Part shown: one piece after another, positions 19,189 through 29,269 of the stretch | Layout of the letters: every line of letters starts with the position of its first letter | How positions within the stretch are numbered: position 1 is the stretch's first letter | Virus record (IMG/VR): IMGVR_UViG_3300042988_001200 | Origin: a virus | Taxonomy: Duplodnaviria > Caudoviricetes | Length of the DNA stretch: 64,000 nucleotides | Strand: one strand, 5' to 3' | Program-made: the position numbers and the translations under genes | The notes under the pieces: model-generated | Seen by the model: only the letters and a program-made list of their open reading frames with translations | What the model was told of the DNA's origin: nothing | Database searches by the model: none

Positions 19189-20231
19189 AAGTTTAGATAT
19201 ATAGAATAATCAGTAATAAAAGGATTATAGTCTAATAAATACACTTCAAATAAGATTTTAAGTAAGATTAAAGGTATTTCTTCTTGCTTAAAGAACTTAA
19301 CTAGCTCTATTCTATCATCGTTAGATAAGAAATTGGTTGTTATAAGTTCCTCTAAAAGATAGTTGATAGAACTATATTGAGAGGTTAAGGAAATAATCTC
19401 TTTGATTTTAGATTCATAAGAAGGGGTATAACTCTCCTTTATGAACATACTCTTATTCTTAAGGATATGGATAGAGGATAAATCTCTCCTTAGAATATTA
19501 TAAATAGAAGAGATTATCTCTTCATTTATTGACTTAGATAGAAGGATTAGTAACACTTCTCTAGGACTTATAACTCCAGTAGAAAGGTATTTACCTATAT
19601 TTAAAGAGCAGTCTCCTCTATATAAAGATAGTTGTTTAAAGATTGTATCTCTAATATCCTCTACTAAAGGAACCTCTTCTTGAGGTAGTTCGATAAAGGA
19701 AAAGGATTTATATAGAGGTTTCTTAAAGATAATAGTAGAGGCTAAGATATCAGATAAAGAGTTATAAGGTATCTCTTTAGGTTTACTAGCCCCTATAGTA
19801 TCTAATAACTTTACTAAATCTATAGAGTTCCAGGCCCCTGAGACCTCTATGTAATTAGACTTAAATATAGATTTATAGACCTGTTCCCCTCTATTAGGTA
19901 AATGAATATTACTTTTAGTAATATATACATCTGGTTTATATTTCTCTACAAGGGAAGTAGATTCCTTATAGTTATTAAATATAAAAAGATTAGTTCCATA
20001 TAATTTAAGAGTTTGTTTAAGGGATAAAGAGCAATCTTTTATAAAAGATTGTTTAGCCTTAGATAAACTTTTAAAACAAGGAACTTCCCAGTTGGTTACA
20101 CAATAAGGTAATATCCTATATTGATTAGGATAACTATTATTGATAATATTAAACTCTCCTAGAGCTCTTTCTATTAGAGGATTATCAATTAATCTAAGGA
20201 CTCCTGTAAAGTTTACTAAGGCTAGTTTCAT
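19185..20231 (-). CDS. Degenerate DNA photolyase/cryptochrome-like protein
   Basis: LRLIDNP..FIKDCSLSLKQTL..YG (N-domain); GKYLSTGVISPREV; LSNDDRI; YLLDYNP. Confidence 0.65.
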   Translation of the reverse strand: MKLALVNFTGVLRLIDNPLIERALGEFNIINNSYPNQYRILPYCVTNWEVPCFKSLSKAKQSFIKDCSLSLKQTLKLYGTNLFIFNNYKESTSLVEKYKPDVYITKSNIHLPNRGEQVYKSIFKSNYIEVSGAWNSIDLVKLLDTIGASKPKEIPYNSLSDILASTIIFKKPLYKSFSFIELPQEEVPLVEDIRDTIFKQLSLYRGDCSLNIGKYLSTGVISPREVLLILLSKSINEEIISSIYNILRRDLSSIHILKNKSMFIKESYTPSYESKIKEIISLTSQYSSINYLLEELITTNFLSNDDRIELVKFFKQEEIPLILLKILFEVYLLDYNPFITDYSIYLNL

Positions 20232-20243
20232 CTTTTATCCTTT

Positions 20244-20492
20244 TTAATAACTAGGCATCTCTATATCTAAGGAGTTATCCTCCATTAGTTTCTGTTGTAA
20301 TATAGCTCTTTTCCTCTCTATACTCTTAGCTTTAGTTAAAGTTCTTAGTTTCCTTTTTCTTTTATCTCTTTTATTCTCAAAGTAATCCTTTAGTTTACTA
20401 GTTTCTAATAATCTTTCATTATAAACCTTTTTGTTAAATCTATATAATAAAGAATCAATGGTTTCATCAGGATTCTTTCTTACTTGACACAT
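20244..20492 (-). CDS. rpsU: Ribosomal protein bS21
   Basis: ETIDSLLYRFNKKV...YFENKRDKRKRK. Confidence 0.8.
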   Translation of the reverse strand: MCQVRKNPDETIDSLLYRFNKKVYNERLLETSKLKDYFENKRDKRKRKLRTLTKAKSIERKRAILQQKLMEDNSLDIEMPSY

Positions 20493-20501
20493 ATAATTAA
20501 C

Positions 20502-20536
20502 CTTTGATATATATTACTAATAATTATATATCAAAG
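20502..20536. terminator. 12-bp stem hairpin upstream of rpsU
   Basis: CTTTGATATATA-11nt-TATATATCAAAG. Confidence 0.45.
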
Positions 20537-20794
20537 TTTAAAGTCTTGTAGTAAACAATCTTCTAAATCTAGTATTCGTATAGATAAAGGGTTTAATTTG
20601 TTATCTATAAGAACTTTATTTCTTTCATACGCTATATAAGTGGATACGTAATTGGGTCTTAATTCCTCTAATAATTCTTCTAAAAAACAATATTCTACAA
20701 ACTTTATAGGATTAGAACCTGTAATAACAAGAGACCCATTGGAGAATTTAATTATCCAATGGGCTGTTTCTTCTAACCAATTAGCTTTAGACAT
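20531..20794 (-). CDS. Hypothetical protein
   Basis: 87-aa ORF. Confidence 0.5.
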   Translation of the reverse strand: MSKANWLEETAHWIIKFSNGSLVITGSNPIKFVEYCFLEELLEELRPNYVSTYIAYERNKVLIDNKLNPLSIRILDLEDCLLQDFKL

Positions 20795-20871
20795 ATAGAT
20801 ATCCTATATAAAGTAAGAGTTATATTAGGCTTTATATACCTATTATAACTCTATATATGAACTATTCGTCC

Positions 20872-23130
20872 CTAATTGGATGAATGATATATATGTATTT
20901 CTTTATCTTTTATGGTTATATATAAGGTAGATATATCTAAATGAGTAAGAATATAATCTACAAGTAGGTCTTTAATAGAATTAACTATCCTTCCAATTTC
21001 TCTTGCTCCATAATTAAGGTTAATTTTACATGTTATTAAATGGGTGATAACCGAGGGTTCTATCTCTAATTTATACTTAATAGCCTCCTTTAACTCTTCT
21101 AATCTAAGAGCCATAATAGAAGATAAGGATATTAGATTTAATGGATTAGCCGGTAGAATCTCATCTATTCTATTAAGGAACTCTGGTGTAAAGTATTCTT
21201 TAAGAACACTTAACTTATTAGAACTAATATTGGAAGTAGATAGTTCAAACCCCAAAGATGCCGAGTTAGAATAAGAACTCCCTATATTAGTAGTTAAAAA
21301 GATGTATGAATTGTTAAAGTATATCTTTCTACCTACAGAATCTGTAACAAACCCCTCATCTAGTATTTGTAATAGAACATTATAAATAGAGGGATGGGCC
21401 TTTTCTATCTCATCAAATAGGATGATACAGAAGGGGTAGTTCTTTACATTAGAGAAGATAAAAGATTGGTTTTCATAACCAATATACCCAGGAGGAGAGC
21501 CTATAAGTTTAGATATAGAGTGAGATTCCTGAAACTCTGACATATCTATTTGGATAAACTGAGCAGGGTTAGATAGTAATAACTTAGATAATTCTTTAAC
21601 TATATAAGTTTTACCTACCCCTGTATTACCACATAGTAGGAATGAGCCTCTAGGCTTAAGTTTGGAATAAAGGAAACTTCTTTTAATACAAGAGGAGATT
21701 TTATTAATAATATCCTCTTGACCTACTACTCTTTTCCTTAGATTAGACTCTATATCCTTAAACTTATTGTAGGTATCTAAAGGGTTTTTATTAATAGGAA
21801 CTTGAGTTATAGATTCTATAGTTTCATAAACTAAGGACTCATCTAACTCTGGAAGATTAACTATAAACTTCTGTACCTCTTCATACTTATCTTCTTCAAT
21901 AAGAGAATAATACTCCTTTAAATGTTTATTAGGGGTTTTATTCTTTATCTTTAACTTACTACCAGCCTCATCTAGTACATCTATAGCTTTATCTGGATAG
22001 TTCCTATTTGTTATATATTGACTGCTATTAACTATTACCTTAAGGATAGAGTCAGGTACTATCATTCCATGATATCTCTCGTACTTAGTTCTATTTCCTC
22101 TAAGAATCTCTAGAGTCTCTTCCTTACTACATTCTTCTAGAGGGATAATATTAAACCTTCTAGTAAAGGCTTTATCCTTTTCTATATTTAATTTAAACTC
22201 CCTATAGGTAGTAGCACCTATACATTTTAATTCACCTCTACTAAGGGCAGGCTTAAGTAGATTAGATAAATCTAAGGAACCCTCATAGTTACCTAGACCT
22301 ACAATATTATGAATCTCATCTATAAAGAGAATAACGCTAGGATTAGACTTACAGTATTTAATAAGTAGAGCTACTCTCTCTTCTAACTCCCCTCTAAACT
22401 TAGTACCAGATATTAAAGCTCCAGTATCTAAAGATACAATTCTAGTATTGTCTAAAGGAGGGTATATTCCAGATACTACTAATTGAGCTAATCCCTCTAC
22501 TAACTGAGTCTTACCAAAGCCAGCTTCCCCTAGTATAAGAATATTACTCTTAGTCTTTCTTAATAAAGATTTAACTATAGAGTCTAGTTCTTTAGTTCTA
22601 CCTATTAGGGGATCTAGTTCATTCTTCTCAGCTTTTAGAGTTAAATCAATACAGAAGTCTTCAATAGATGTAGGAATAGAGCTAGATACAGTAGTAACTA
22701 ATAAGCCTTCTTGTAGAAGAGTAACAATCTGTTCTTCTATAGCCTTAATATCTACATTAGAGGTAAAGGCTTTTTCAAAGAAGGATAGATTATTATTACT
22801 TTTAAGTACATGAACAAGGGCTAAGAATATAGACTCAGGTTCTATATGCTCTAGATTAAATCTGTTACTTATTTCCTCTGCTTGTTTTAGACATATATGT
22901 ATATACTTAGAATATTGATTAGGGAAAGGATTAAAATTTATTCCTGGAATATTAATTAAATAATTAGTATCTAAGTTATTCTTCTTTAAAATGCTAGATA
23001 TTTTAGAAGACCCTTCTTGTAATAATCCTATAAGTAAATGGTTAAAGCTAACAGAGGTGTTTTGACTATTAGCAATACTCTTAGCTATACTAAGAACCTT
23101 ATCAGAACCTTGAGATAGATTTAGAGACAT
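20872..23130 (-). CDS. clpC: ClpC-type Hsp100 AAA+ ATPase (start revised to ATG 23130)
   Basis: Two Clp-N repeats, LDPLIGR, GEAGFGKT, LFIDEIH, PALSRGE, YPDKAIDVLDEA, GNTGVGKT, IDMSEFQE, GSPPGYIGY, LFDEIEKAHP, SLGF loop. Confidence 0.9.
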   Translation of the reverse strand: MSLNLSQGSDKVLSIAKSIANSQNTSVSFNHLLIGLLQEGSSKISSILKKNNLDTNYLINIPGINFNPFPNQYSKYIHICLKQAEEISNRFNLEHIEPESIFLALVHVLKSNNNLSFFEKAFTSNVDIKAIEEQIVTLLQEGLLVTTVSSSIPTSIEDFCIDLTLKAEKNELDPLIGRTKELDSIVKSLLRKTKSNILILGEAGFGKTQLVEGLAQLVVSGIYPPLDNTRIVSLDTGALISGTKFRGELEERVALLIKYCKSNPSVILFIDEIHNIVGLGNYEGSLDLSNLLKPALSRGELKCIGATTYREFKLNIEKDKAFTRRFNIIPLEECSKEETLEILRGNRTKYERYHGMIVPDSILKVIVNSSQYITNRNYPDKAIDVLDEAGSKLKIKNKTPNKHLKEYYSLIEEDKYEEVQKFIVNLPELDESLVYETIESITQVPINKNPLDTYNKFKDIESNLRKRVVGQEDIINKISSCIKRSFLYSKLKPRGSFLLCGNTGVGKTYIVKELSKLLLSNPAQFIQIDMSEFQESHSISKLIGSPPGYIGYENQSFIFSNVKNYPFCIILFDEIEKAHPSIYNVLLQILDEGFVTDSVGRKIYFNNSYIFLTTNIGSSYSNSASLGFELSTSNISSNKLSVLKEYFTPEFLNRIDEILPANPLNLISLSSIMALRLEELKEAIKYKLEIEPSVITHLITCKINLNYGAREIGRIVNSIKDLLVDYILTHLDISTLYITIKDKEIHIYHSSN

Positions 23131-25178
23131 AGGGATAATAAATCTTCTGGATAGAAACAACTAGATAAACTTAGATTAACCCCATATAGTTCATCACATA
23201 AAGGGATTAGTAATATAGAACCTGGCTTATGAATAGTATTAGTTATTTCATTTATTACTATTTTAATATTAAAACTATTAAGCACCCTTATGATTTCTGG
23301 ATTGTTTATTTCTAATATGCAATATAAGAGTTGAGACATTACAGCTATCTCTATTATGAAATTTCTATTATTAGCCTCATGGTTAGAAGTAATTATCTTA
23401 ATGAAATCCACTTTAGATATATTTATAGAATTATTTATATTAGTAAAATCTTCTATATCTATATCTTGGTTATTTATAAACTCATCTATATGCTCATATA
23501 TAGATATAAGGGATAAAAGCCCTTCACAGATAGACTCTAACTCTTTGTATGAGTCTATATAGAGATTCTGTGTAGCTCTAGTTAAAGCTACATATATTAG
23601 ATTTAGCTCCTGAATATGGTCATTATATTTATTAGTTGGTCTAAATAGAATATCTGCTGAAGGAACTATATACCAGACATTCTTTGCTTCTGCTCCTTTA
23701 GCTCTATGGATAGAACTAAGAATAATAGCATTCTTACTTGGTTTACATAATTCCTCTACATATTTCTCTATATAGGAGACATCTATGTTCTCTTTTATGT
23801 ATAAATATATATACTCTATTAAACTATTACAACAATTAAAGTAGTCTATTAAAGTATCTAAACTAATAGTAAATAGTTCTTTAGAACTTGTATTATTCTG
23901 TTTTATACAATCGTGATTATACTTATAGAAACCACTTAATAAGTTCTTATACTCATTTAAAGAGTACGTTTTATAGTCTTGTAACTTGTTATACTCTAAA
24001 GCTAGTCTAAAGAATCTACTAATAGAGATACTTAAATCTGTACATCTTATATATATCTTCTTACCTTTTGATAATAGTTCTAAGCCATATTCTACTAATG
24101 GATAGTTATATCTACTAACAATAAGGTCTTTACTCTTTACTTTATTAACTATAAATTCTTTATTAAAGCCTTTTACTACACTCCCTTGTTTAGGGTTAGC
24201 GGGTAGCATTTCTATCTTAACTAGTTCTTTAACTAGTTCTATATGACTATCTGGACATCTATAACAATATGAAAGGGGGAGTTGAATAGTATTAAAGCTC
24301 TCTTTCATAATCTTCCAAATAGAAGGTTCAGCTCCTGCAAATGCAAATATAGACTGGTTATAGTCTCCTAATAATATGATTTGACTACCATTATTAGTAA
24401 ATTTCTTATATATCTCTAACATTAATAGAGAGGAATCCTGAGCTTCATCTACTATTAGATAGTCTGTGTGAGTTGGTTCTAGGTTTAAATCAATAGAAAG
24501 TTCTAGTAATTGAGTGAAGTCTAGGATTTTATTATTAGCTTGAGTCCTTCTTAATTGACTAATATATCTAATACATTTACATATAAATTTAATATAAGGA
24601 TTTATATATTCTAACTTTAAGCCATATTTATATATAACAAAGTAGATGTTTTCATAGGTTATAGTTAATCTATTTATTCTTAGATAGTTATCTATTTGTT
24701 TAGTTGCTTGTTTAAATATATTAATATGAACATTAATATCCTTTCTTTCTTGTTTAGTTATATTAGAAGAAGGGTCTATTCTTTCCTTTGTATATATATA
24801 ACTATAAAGTTCTTGATTTAAAGATTCATCTTTAAGGAAGGAATTAACGAACTCTGAAGTCCTATCTTGAATATCTATATCACCTAATACCCTTTTTAAT
24901 AACCCATAACATAGACTATGGATAGTATTTATCCTTACATTATTTAATCCTTTAATCCTTGTATCCTCTTTTAACTGTTCAGCTATATGTTTATTAAAAG
25001 CTAGAATCTGTATCTTTTTACCGCCTAAAGCTCCACATAGACCTATGATTTGAGTAGTTTTACCTACTCCTGCATTAGCATTGACTTGAATATTATTGGT
25101 TAAAGCCTCTTGAAATATAGTTAATTGATGACTATTCCAATTAATAGCAGTTAGATAATTAGAAGTCCAATTATTCAT
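23121..25178 (-). CDS. UvrD/Rep-like superfamily 1 helicase with C-terminal extension
   Basis: NAGVGKTT, LAFN, IVDEAQD, GDYNQSIFAF, SIHRAKGAE, YVALTRA. Confidence 0.88.
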   Translation of the reverse strand: MNNWTSNYLTAINWNSHQLTIFQEALTNNIQVNANAGVGKTTQIIGLCGALGGKKIQILAFNKHIAEQLKEDTRIKGLNNVRINTIHSLCYGLLKRVLGDIDIQDRTSEFVNSFLKDESLNQELYSYIYTKERIDPSSNITKQERKDINVHINIFKQATKQIDNYLRINRLTITYENIYFVIYKYGLKLEYINPYIKFICKCIRYISQLRRTQANNKILDFTQLLELSIDLNLEPTHTDYLIVDEAQDSSLLMLEIYKKFTNNGSQIILLGDYNQSIFAFAGAEPSIWKIMKESFNTIQLPLSYCYRCPDSHIELVKELVKIEMLPANPKQGSVVKGFNKEFIVNKVKSKDLIVSRYNYPLVEYGLELLSKGKKIYIRCTDLSISISRFFRLALEYNKLQDYKTYSLNEYKNLLSGFYKYNHDCIKQNNTSSKELFTISLDTLIDYFNCCNSLIEYIYLYIKENIDVSYIEKYVEELCKPSKNAIILSSIHRAKGAEAKNVWYIVPSADILFRPTNKYNDHIQELNLIYVALTRATQNLYIDSYKELESICEGLLSLISIYEHIDEFINNQDIDIEDFTNINNSINISKVDFIKIITSNHEANNRNFIIEIAVMSQLLYCILEINNPEIIRVLNSFNIKIVINEITNTIHKPGSILLIPLCDELYGVNLSLSSCFYPEDLLSLCL

Positions 25179-25189
25179 ATTAATTAATT

Positions 25190-25426
25190 ATGTATAGAAC
25201 TAAGAAAGGTAATGTAACTTCTAAGACCAGAAAGCAATATGGCATAAAAGGTAAATATCCTATATTTGATATTAAATCTGCTATATCTGCTATTAAACTT
25301 AGACATCATAGTAAAGATATAAGTCCTAAAACTATTCTTAATAAAGTGGCAAGTAGTAAGTTCAGTTCTAGTAAAGAAGTAAAACGATTATTAGAACAAG
25401 CTAGATTAAAAGATAGGAGTAAATAA
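25190..25426 (+). CDS. Small basic protein
   Basis: K/R-rich 78 aa; KYPIFD..SAISAI. Confidence 0.6.
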   Translation: MYRTKKGNVTSKTRKQYGIKGKYPIFDIKSAISAIKLRHHSKDISPKTILNKVASSKFSSSKEVKRLLEQARLKDRSK

Positions 25427-25445
25427 TCTTTTAATCTAGCTTGTT

Positions 25446-25844
25446 TTAAATTAGGACTTCAATAATCTTAGTAGCTAATTTAACAGCATCGTAATTCCCT
25501 GTTTCAATCAAACAATTAATATTAGAAGGGTATACTTCTAAAGTTTTACATTGAAGAATGTAAACACTCTCTGATAAAAACGTCTCTAAAGAATTTTTAA
25601 GCTCTTTTAAACATCTATTACAAAGTTCTTGTTTATCTAATTCAGAGTGCTCCTTTTTTAATATATGGTAATAAAGATTATCTGTTTCTAATATATAATC
25701 TTTAAGATTATTCTGTGTATATAATATAGTTTTAGCATATGATTCTAAAGATTCTATATCTTTTACATCCCATATTCTAAATAAAAGAGTGCATATATAA
25801 AAGTAATGGGCATCTCTATATTCTCCAATACTAAGAATCCACAT
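25446..25844 (-). CDS. Hypothetical protein
   Basis: 132-aa ORF. Confidence 0.55.
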   Translation of the reverse strand: MWILSIGEYRDAHYFYICTLLFRIWDVKDIESLESYAKTILYTQNNLKDYILETDNLYYHILKKEHSELDKQELCNRCLKELKNSLETFLSESVYILQCKTLEVYPSNINCLIETGNYDAVKLATKIIEVLI

Positions 25845-25850
25845 AACTAT

Positions 25851-27227
25851 TTAACTCCTATCTAAGAATTCCTCTCTAGAATCTATGTTTATCTCTTTAT
25901 TCTCTATAAGGTTACTAAGACTATTAGCCCATTGTCTATAGGCTATATGCCCTCCAGGTCTACTTCTTAATCTACTAATATATATAAGTTCCTTTAATCC
26001 TATATCAAATACGTAATAAGTTAAATGACCATTAGGTAATATAAACTTAGATTTATCTGTTATATTATCTTTAATAAAATCATATTGAGAGTTAAATATC
26101 TCTGTATATAATTCCTTAACCTCTGGGATTAAATCTAAGTATGGACATAAAGAATACAGTTCATAGTTAGAACGATTTAGTTCATTATATATATTAAAGG
26201 TTTTATGTAATAAAGGTATAAACTTACCTATTGACCTATGTCTATTTATATCAATTAAGGACCCAATATCTAAATAACCAGTATATAGATCCTTACCAAT
26301 TGTTAGTTCATTAGAACCCTCTTCATATTGATTATATAGATTTATATAAGATATACTCCTTTTAACCACCTCATTCTCATTGTTTATACTTACTCTCTCT
26401 CCTATAGGGCTAATTAATTTAGCTATGTTATCTAATAAACCAATATTCTTTACTCTTATATTTCTATATACTGGCTTATTCACTATAACTAAATCTTTGT
26501 ATATATCTTTTATTAGATTATTTAAATAATCTATATTAGAGTAACCAGTTGTATATTTGATACAAGTCTTAGCTTCTGGAGTATAAGAAGGAGAAGTAAG
26601 GATGGATTCTAGAGTATCTCCCCAAAGAGAAGTTCTATTATCAACCCTTAAGTATTTAATATATTTACTCCATTCTCTAGAAGATTGGATAGCTCCTATA
26701 GAAGTTTTAATAGATAAAGGTAATAGGTATCTAGTACAATCCAAAGTTCTAGCTCTAAGGGCAGAAACTTCCTTAGAGTTATTTAAATCTATATTAAAGT
26801 ATTTAGATAATCCCTCAAAGGTAGGCTGATATAGACGGGTATAGGCTTCTAACCATTTATCAATAATAAAGTTGTATTCAGGTATAGATATAGAGGTGAA
26901 TATAGATTGATATCTAGTAGATCTTTCTTGTCCATCTTGTAGAGGATGATTATAAAAGAACTCAGCAGCATCTAATCTAGTTAACCCCTCTAGGAATATA
27001 TATTGATGAGCTAACCCTCTTACAGAGGAATGACCATACTCATTAACTATCCTTTTTATAACCTCTATACTCTTCTCCTTACTCCTTTCTTCTATAAGGT
27101 CTAATATACTCTTACTACTTCTAGAATAAGAGGCTATAAGAGAGGCATACTCCTCCCCCAACCCCTCTTCATTCTGTAATAAAGTACCTATGATTACTTC
27201 ATTACAAATATTATATTTAAACTTCAT
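25851..27227 (-). CDS. thyX: FAD-dependent thymidylate synthase (long two-domain ThyX/Thy1)
   Basis: YGHSSV, QERSTRY, TRYLLP, second module DINRHRS and RLRSRPGGHIAYR. Confidence 0.85.
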   Translation of the reverse strand: MKFKYNICNEVIIGTLLQNEEGLGEEYASLIASYSRSSKSILDLIEERSKEKSIEVIKRIVNEYGHSSVRGLAHQYIFLEGLTRLDAAEFFYNHPLQDGQERSTRYQSIFTSISIPEYNFIIDKWLEAYTRLYQPTFEGLSKYFNIDLNNSKEVSALRARTLDCTRYLLPLSIKTSIGAIQSSREWSKYIKYLRVDNRTSLWGDTLESILTSPSYTPEAKTCIKYTTGYSNIDYLNNLIKDIYKDLVIVNKPVYRNIRVKNIGLLDNIAKLISPIGERVSINNENEVVKRSISYINLYNQYEEGSNELTIGKDLYTGYLDIGSLIDINRHRSIGKFIPLLHKTFNIYNELNRSNYELYSLCPYLDLIPEVKELYTEIFNSQYDFIKDNITDKSKFILPNGHLTYYVFDIGLKELIYISRLRSRPGGHIAYRQWANSLSNLIENKEINIDSREEFLDRS

Positions 27228-27631
27228 ATAATCAACTCCTTAATAGATAACTCATTAGAGGTTCTAGTTATATAAACCACTCTCTTAATATTACTCTTAT
27301 TAATCCAATTCATACAATGAGAACATGGCTGCGAACTAATAATTATATTTCCATTAATAGTAGCACCGGCTACATATAAAGTACATCCTTTTATAGACTT
27401 TTTTAATAGATAATTTTTTATAGTTCTTATTTCTGAGTGATATCCTATAGAACTATTCTCAATAATTACATTACCCCTAAAGGACTTTCTATAATTATTT
27501 ATTCTAGGTGGGGTTATTATCCTATTTCCCTTAGTGATAAAGGAACATATCTTAACCCTACCTTGAGAATCTTTCTTCTTTGCTATCTCTATTGCTTTAT
27601 AAATAAAATAGATGTCTCTTTTAGTTATCAC
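27224..27631 (-). CDS. Zn-dependent cytidine/dCMP deaminase family protein
   Basis: HSE ... QPCSHC (HxE, PCxxC); ATGA-coupled to thyX. Confidence 0.8.
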   Translation of the reverse strand: MITKRDIYFIYKAIEIAKKKDSQGRVKICSFITKGNRIITPPRINNYRKSFRGNVIIENSSIGYHSEIRTIKNYLLKKSIKGCTLYVAGATINGNIIISSQPCSHCMNWINKSNIKRVVYITRTSNELSIKELII

Positions 27632-27987
27632 TTAGGTTTCATTATATATTTCTCTATAAAAGATTCTTCTACTTTTAATAAAAATAAATTACCTAGTTGC
27701 TTAAACTCTATATCTGCAATAGATTCTTTATCTGTTACCTCTAATATAAAAGCATTTAGATAAAGGTCTTTTACACCAGGATGTAAATAAGCTGGTATAT
27801 AAACAGGCATAGGATTAAGTTCCTTTAATACACCCCCTGTTTTAATAACAGCTTGGGATAATCCTTCAAAGGAGGACCATACCATTAGAGATGGAGTGTT
27901 ATTAGAACCATTACATAGAAGGTATTCCTCTGAGTCTACTGATAGTAAAAGTAGATATATATAATCAGGAGTTTCTATATTAGTCAT
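27628..27987 (-). CDS. Hypothetical protein
   Basis: 119-aa ORF. Confidence 0.55.
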   Translation of the reverse strand: MTNIETPDYIYLLLLSVDSEEYLLCNGSNNTPSLMVWSSFEGLSQAVIKTGGVLKELNPMPVYIPAYLHPGVKDLYLNAFILEVTDKESIADIEFKQLGNLFLLKVEESFIEKYIMKPK

Positions 27988-28090
27988 AATGTTTGGATGG
28001 GAAGAAATTACTAATTCTATTGTATAGTAGACCGAACCACTTGTATATAGAGATTCCTTATACTATAAGTAGTCTAAATAAATAAAGCCT

Positions 28091-28414
28091 ATGTACTATG
28101 AATTTATATACTCTGGGGTTAGAAGTTTTGGATTACCTATTAAATATGTGGAGAGTGAAGATAAATATGTAATAAATATAGATTTAATGGGAATAGACCC
28201 AAAGGACTGTGAAGTAGTAGTAGAGGAAAAGAGACTTAGTATAGGAATATCTCCTAATAAATATAAGATTTATGGAGATTTAAAGAAAGAGTTCCAATTT
28301 ATAGAGTTTATAGATATAGATAAAAGTAAGGTAGAGATTAATGATGATAAATTAAAGATAATAGTCTATAAAAATAAATCTACATCTAAAAGGAAAGTAT
28401 TACATCCTACATAA
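28091..28414 (+). CDS. Hsp20/alpha-crystallin small heat-shock protein
   Basis: YVINIDLMGIDPKDCEVVVEEKRLSI...DKLKIIVYK. Confidence 0.75.
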   Translation: MYYEFIYSGVRSFGLPIKYVESEDKYVINIDLMGIDPKDCEVVVEEKRLSIGISPNKYKIYGDLKKEFQFIEFIDIDKSKVEINDDKLKIIVYKNKSTSKRKVLHPT

Positions 28415-28421
28415 AGTATTT

Positions 28422-28451
28422 ATACCCTTTAGTAAAACTACTAAAGGGTAT
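28422..28451. terminator. Bidirectional terminator between convergent genes
   Basis: ATACCCTTTAGTA-AAAC-TACTAAAGGGTAT, T-tract after. Confidence 0.75.
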
Positions 28452-28479
28452 TTTATTAGTTTATCTATTAGATATAACT

Positions 28480-28872
28480 CTAGTTATTCTCTATTACCAT
28501 AGTCTCTTGCATGAATGGTAGAAACACTGGTAGGATAGATAACTTAGGCCCTTCATATAGGGAATTAACAGTAATCTTCCAATAGGTATTGTCTTTATAT
28601 ATAACTCTAGATAAGTTTCCTATAATTCTGTCTGGGACAATTTCTATATTAATAGGTACAAACACAGAGTATCTTAGATTATATTGTTCAGAAGAATATA
28701 CTCCATCTAGTTCAAATGATACATAAGAGGCTTTATCAAAGGGATAGATAGTAGATAAATCCTTTACTAAATTCTTTAAATATCTTTCTAAAAGGTCATT
28801 CCCCCTCTCGTAAACCTTGGAATACAACTCCTCAAACTCATTGATTTCTTGCTGTAAATTAAAATCATCCAT
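28480..28872 (-). CDS. Hypothetical protein
   Basis: 130-aa ORF. Confidence 0.55.
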   Translation of the reverse strand: MDDFNLQQEINEFEELYSKVYERGNDLLERYLKNLVKDLSTIYPFDKASYVSFELDGVYSSEQYNLRYSVFVPINIEIVPDRIIGNLSRVIYKDNTYWKITVNSLYEGPKLSILPVFLPFMQETMVIENN

Positions 28873-28930
28873 ATAATTAGATATATACTTTCTTTAATAT
28901 TGTTACTAAAATAGCACTTAAACTCTTATT

Positions 28931-29230
28931 TCACTTATCATAGATTGATACAACAAAGGTTAAACATTTAGTTAAGAGCTTAAGAATCTCTGTAGAATCC
29001 TTTTCATTTGATACTAAACCTTCAATAATCTTATCTAATTCACTGTTAATATAAGCCCAGTCTTGATGAAATATACGTTGTTCTAGAACTTTAACTTTAA
29101 GAAGAGCTAATAAATATTTACCAATTAGACCCTTGGAATAGATATTAGAACCATTTTCTATCTCTACAAGTATAGATTTAATCTGTTCATTAATAGAAAT
29201 AGTTAAATCATTATCATTATTAATTGACAT
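28931..29230 (-). CDS. Hypothetical protein
   Basis: 99-aa ORF. Confidence 0.5.
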   Translation of the reverse strand: MSINNDNDLTISINEQIKSILVEIENGSNIYSKGLIGKYLLALLKVKVLEQRIFHQDWAYINSELDKIIEGLVSNEKDSTEILKLLTKCLTFVVSIYDK

Positions 29231-29269
29231 ATTGTTATTCCTCTTTATTTTCTTTTTATTAGTTTATCA

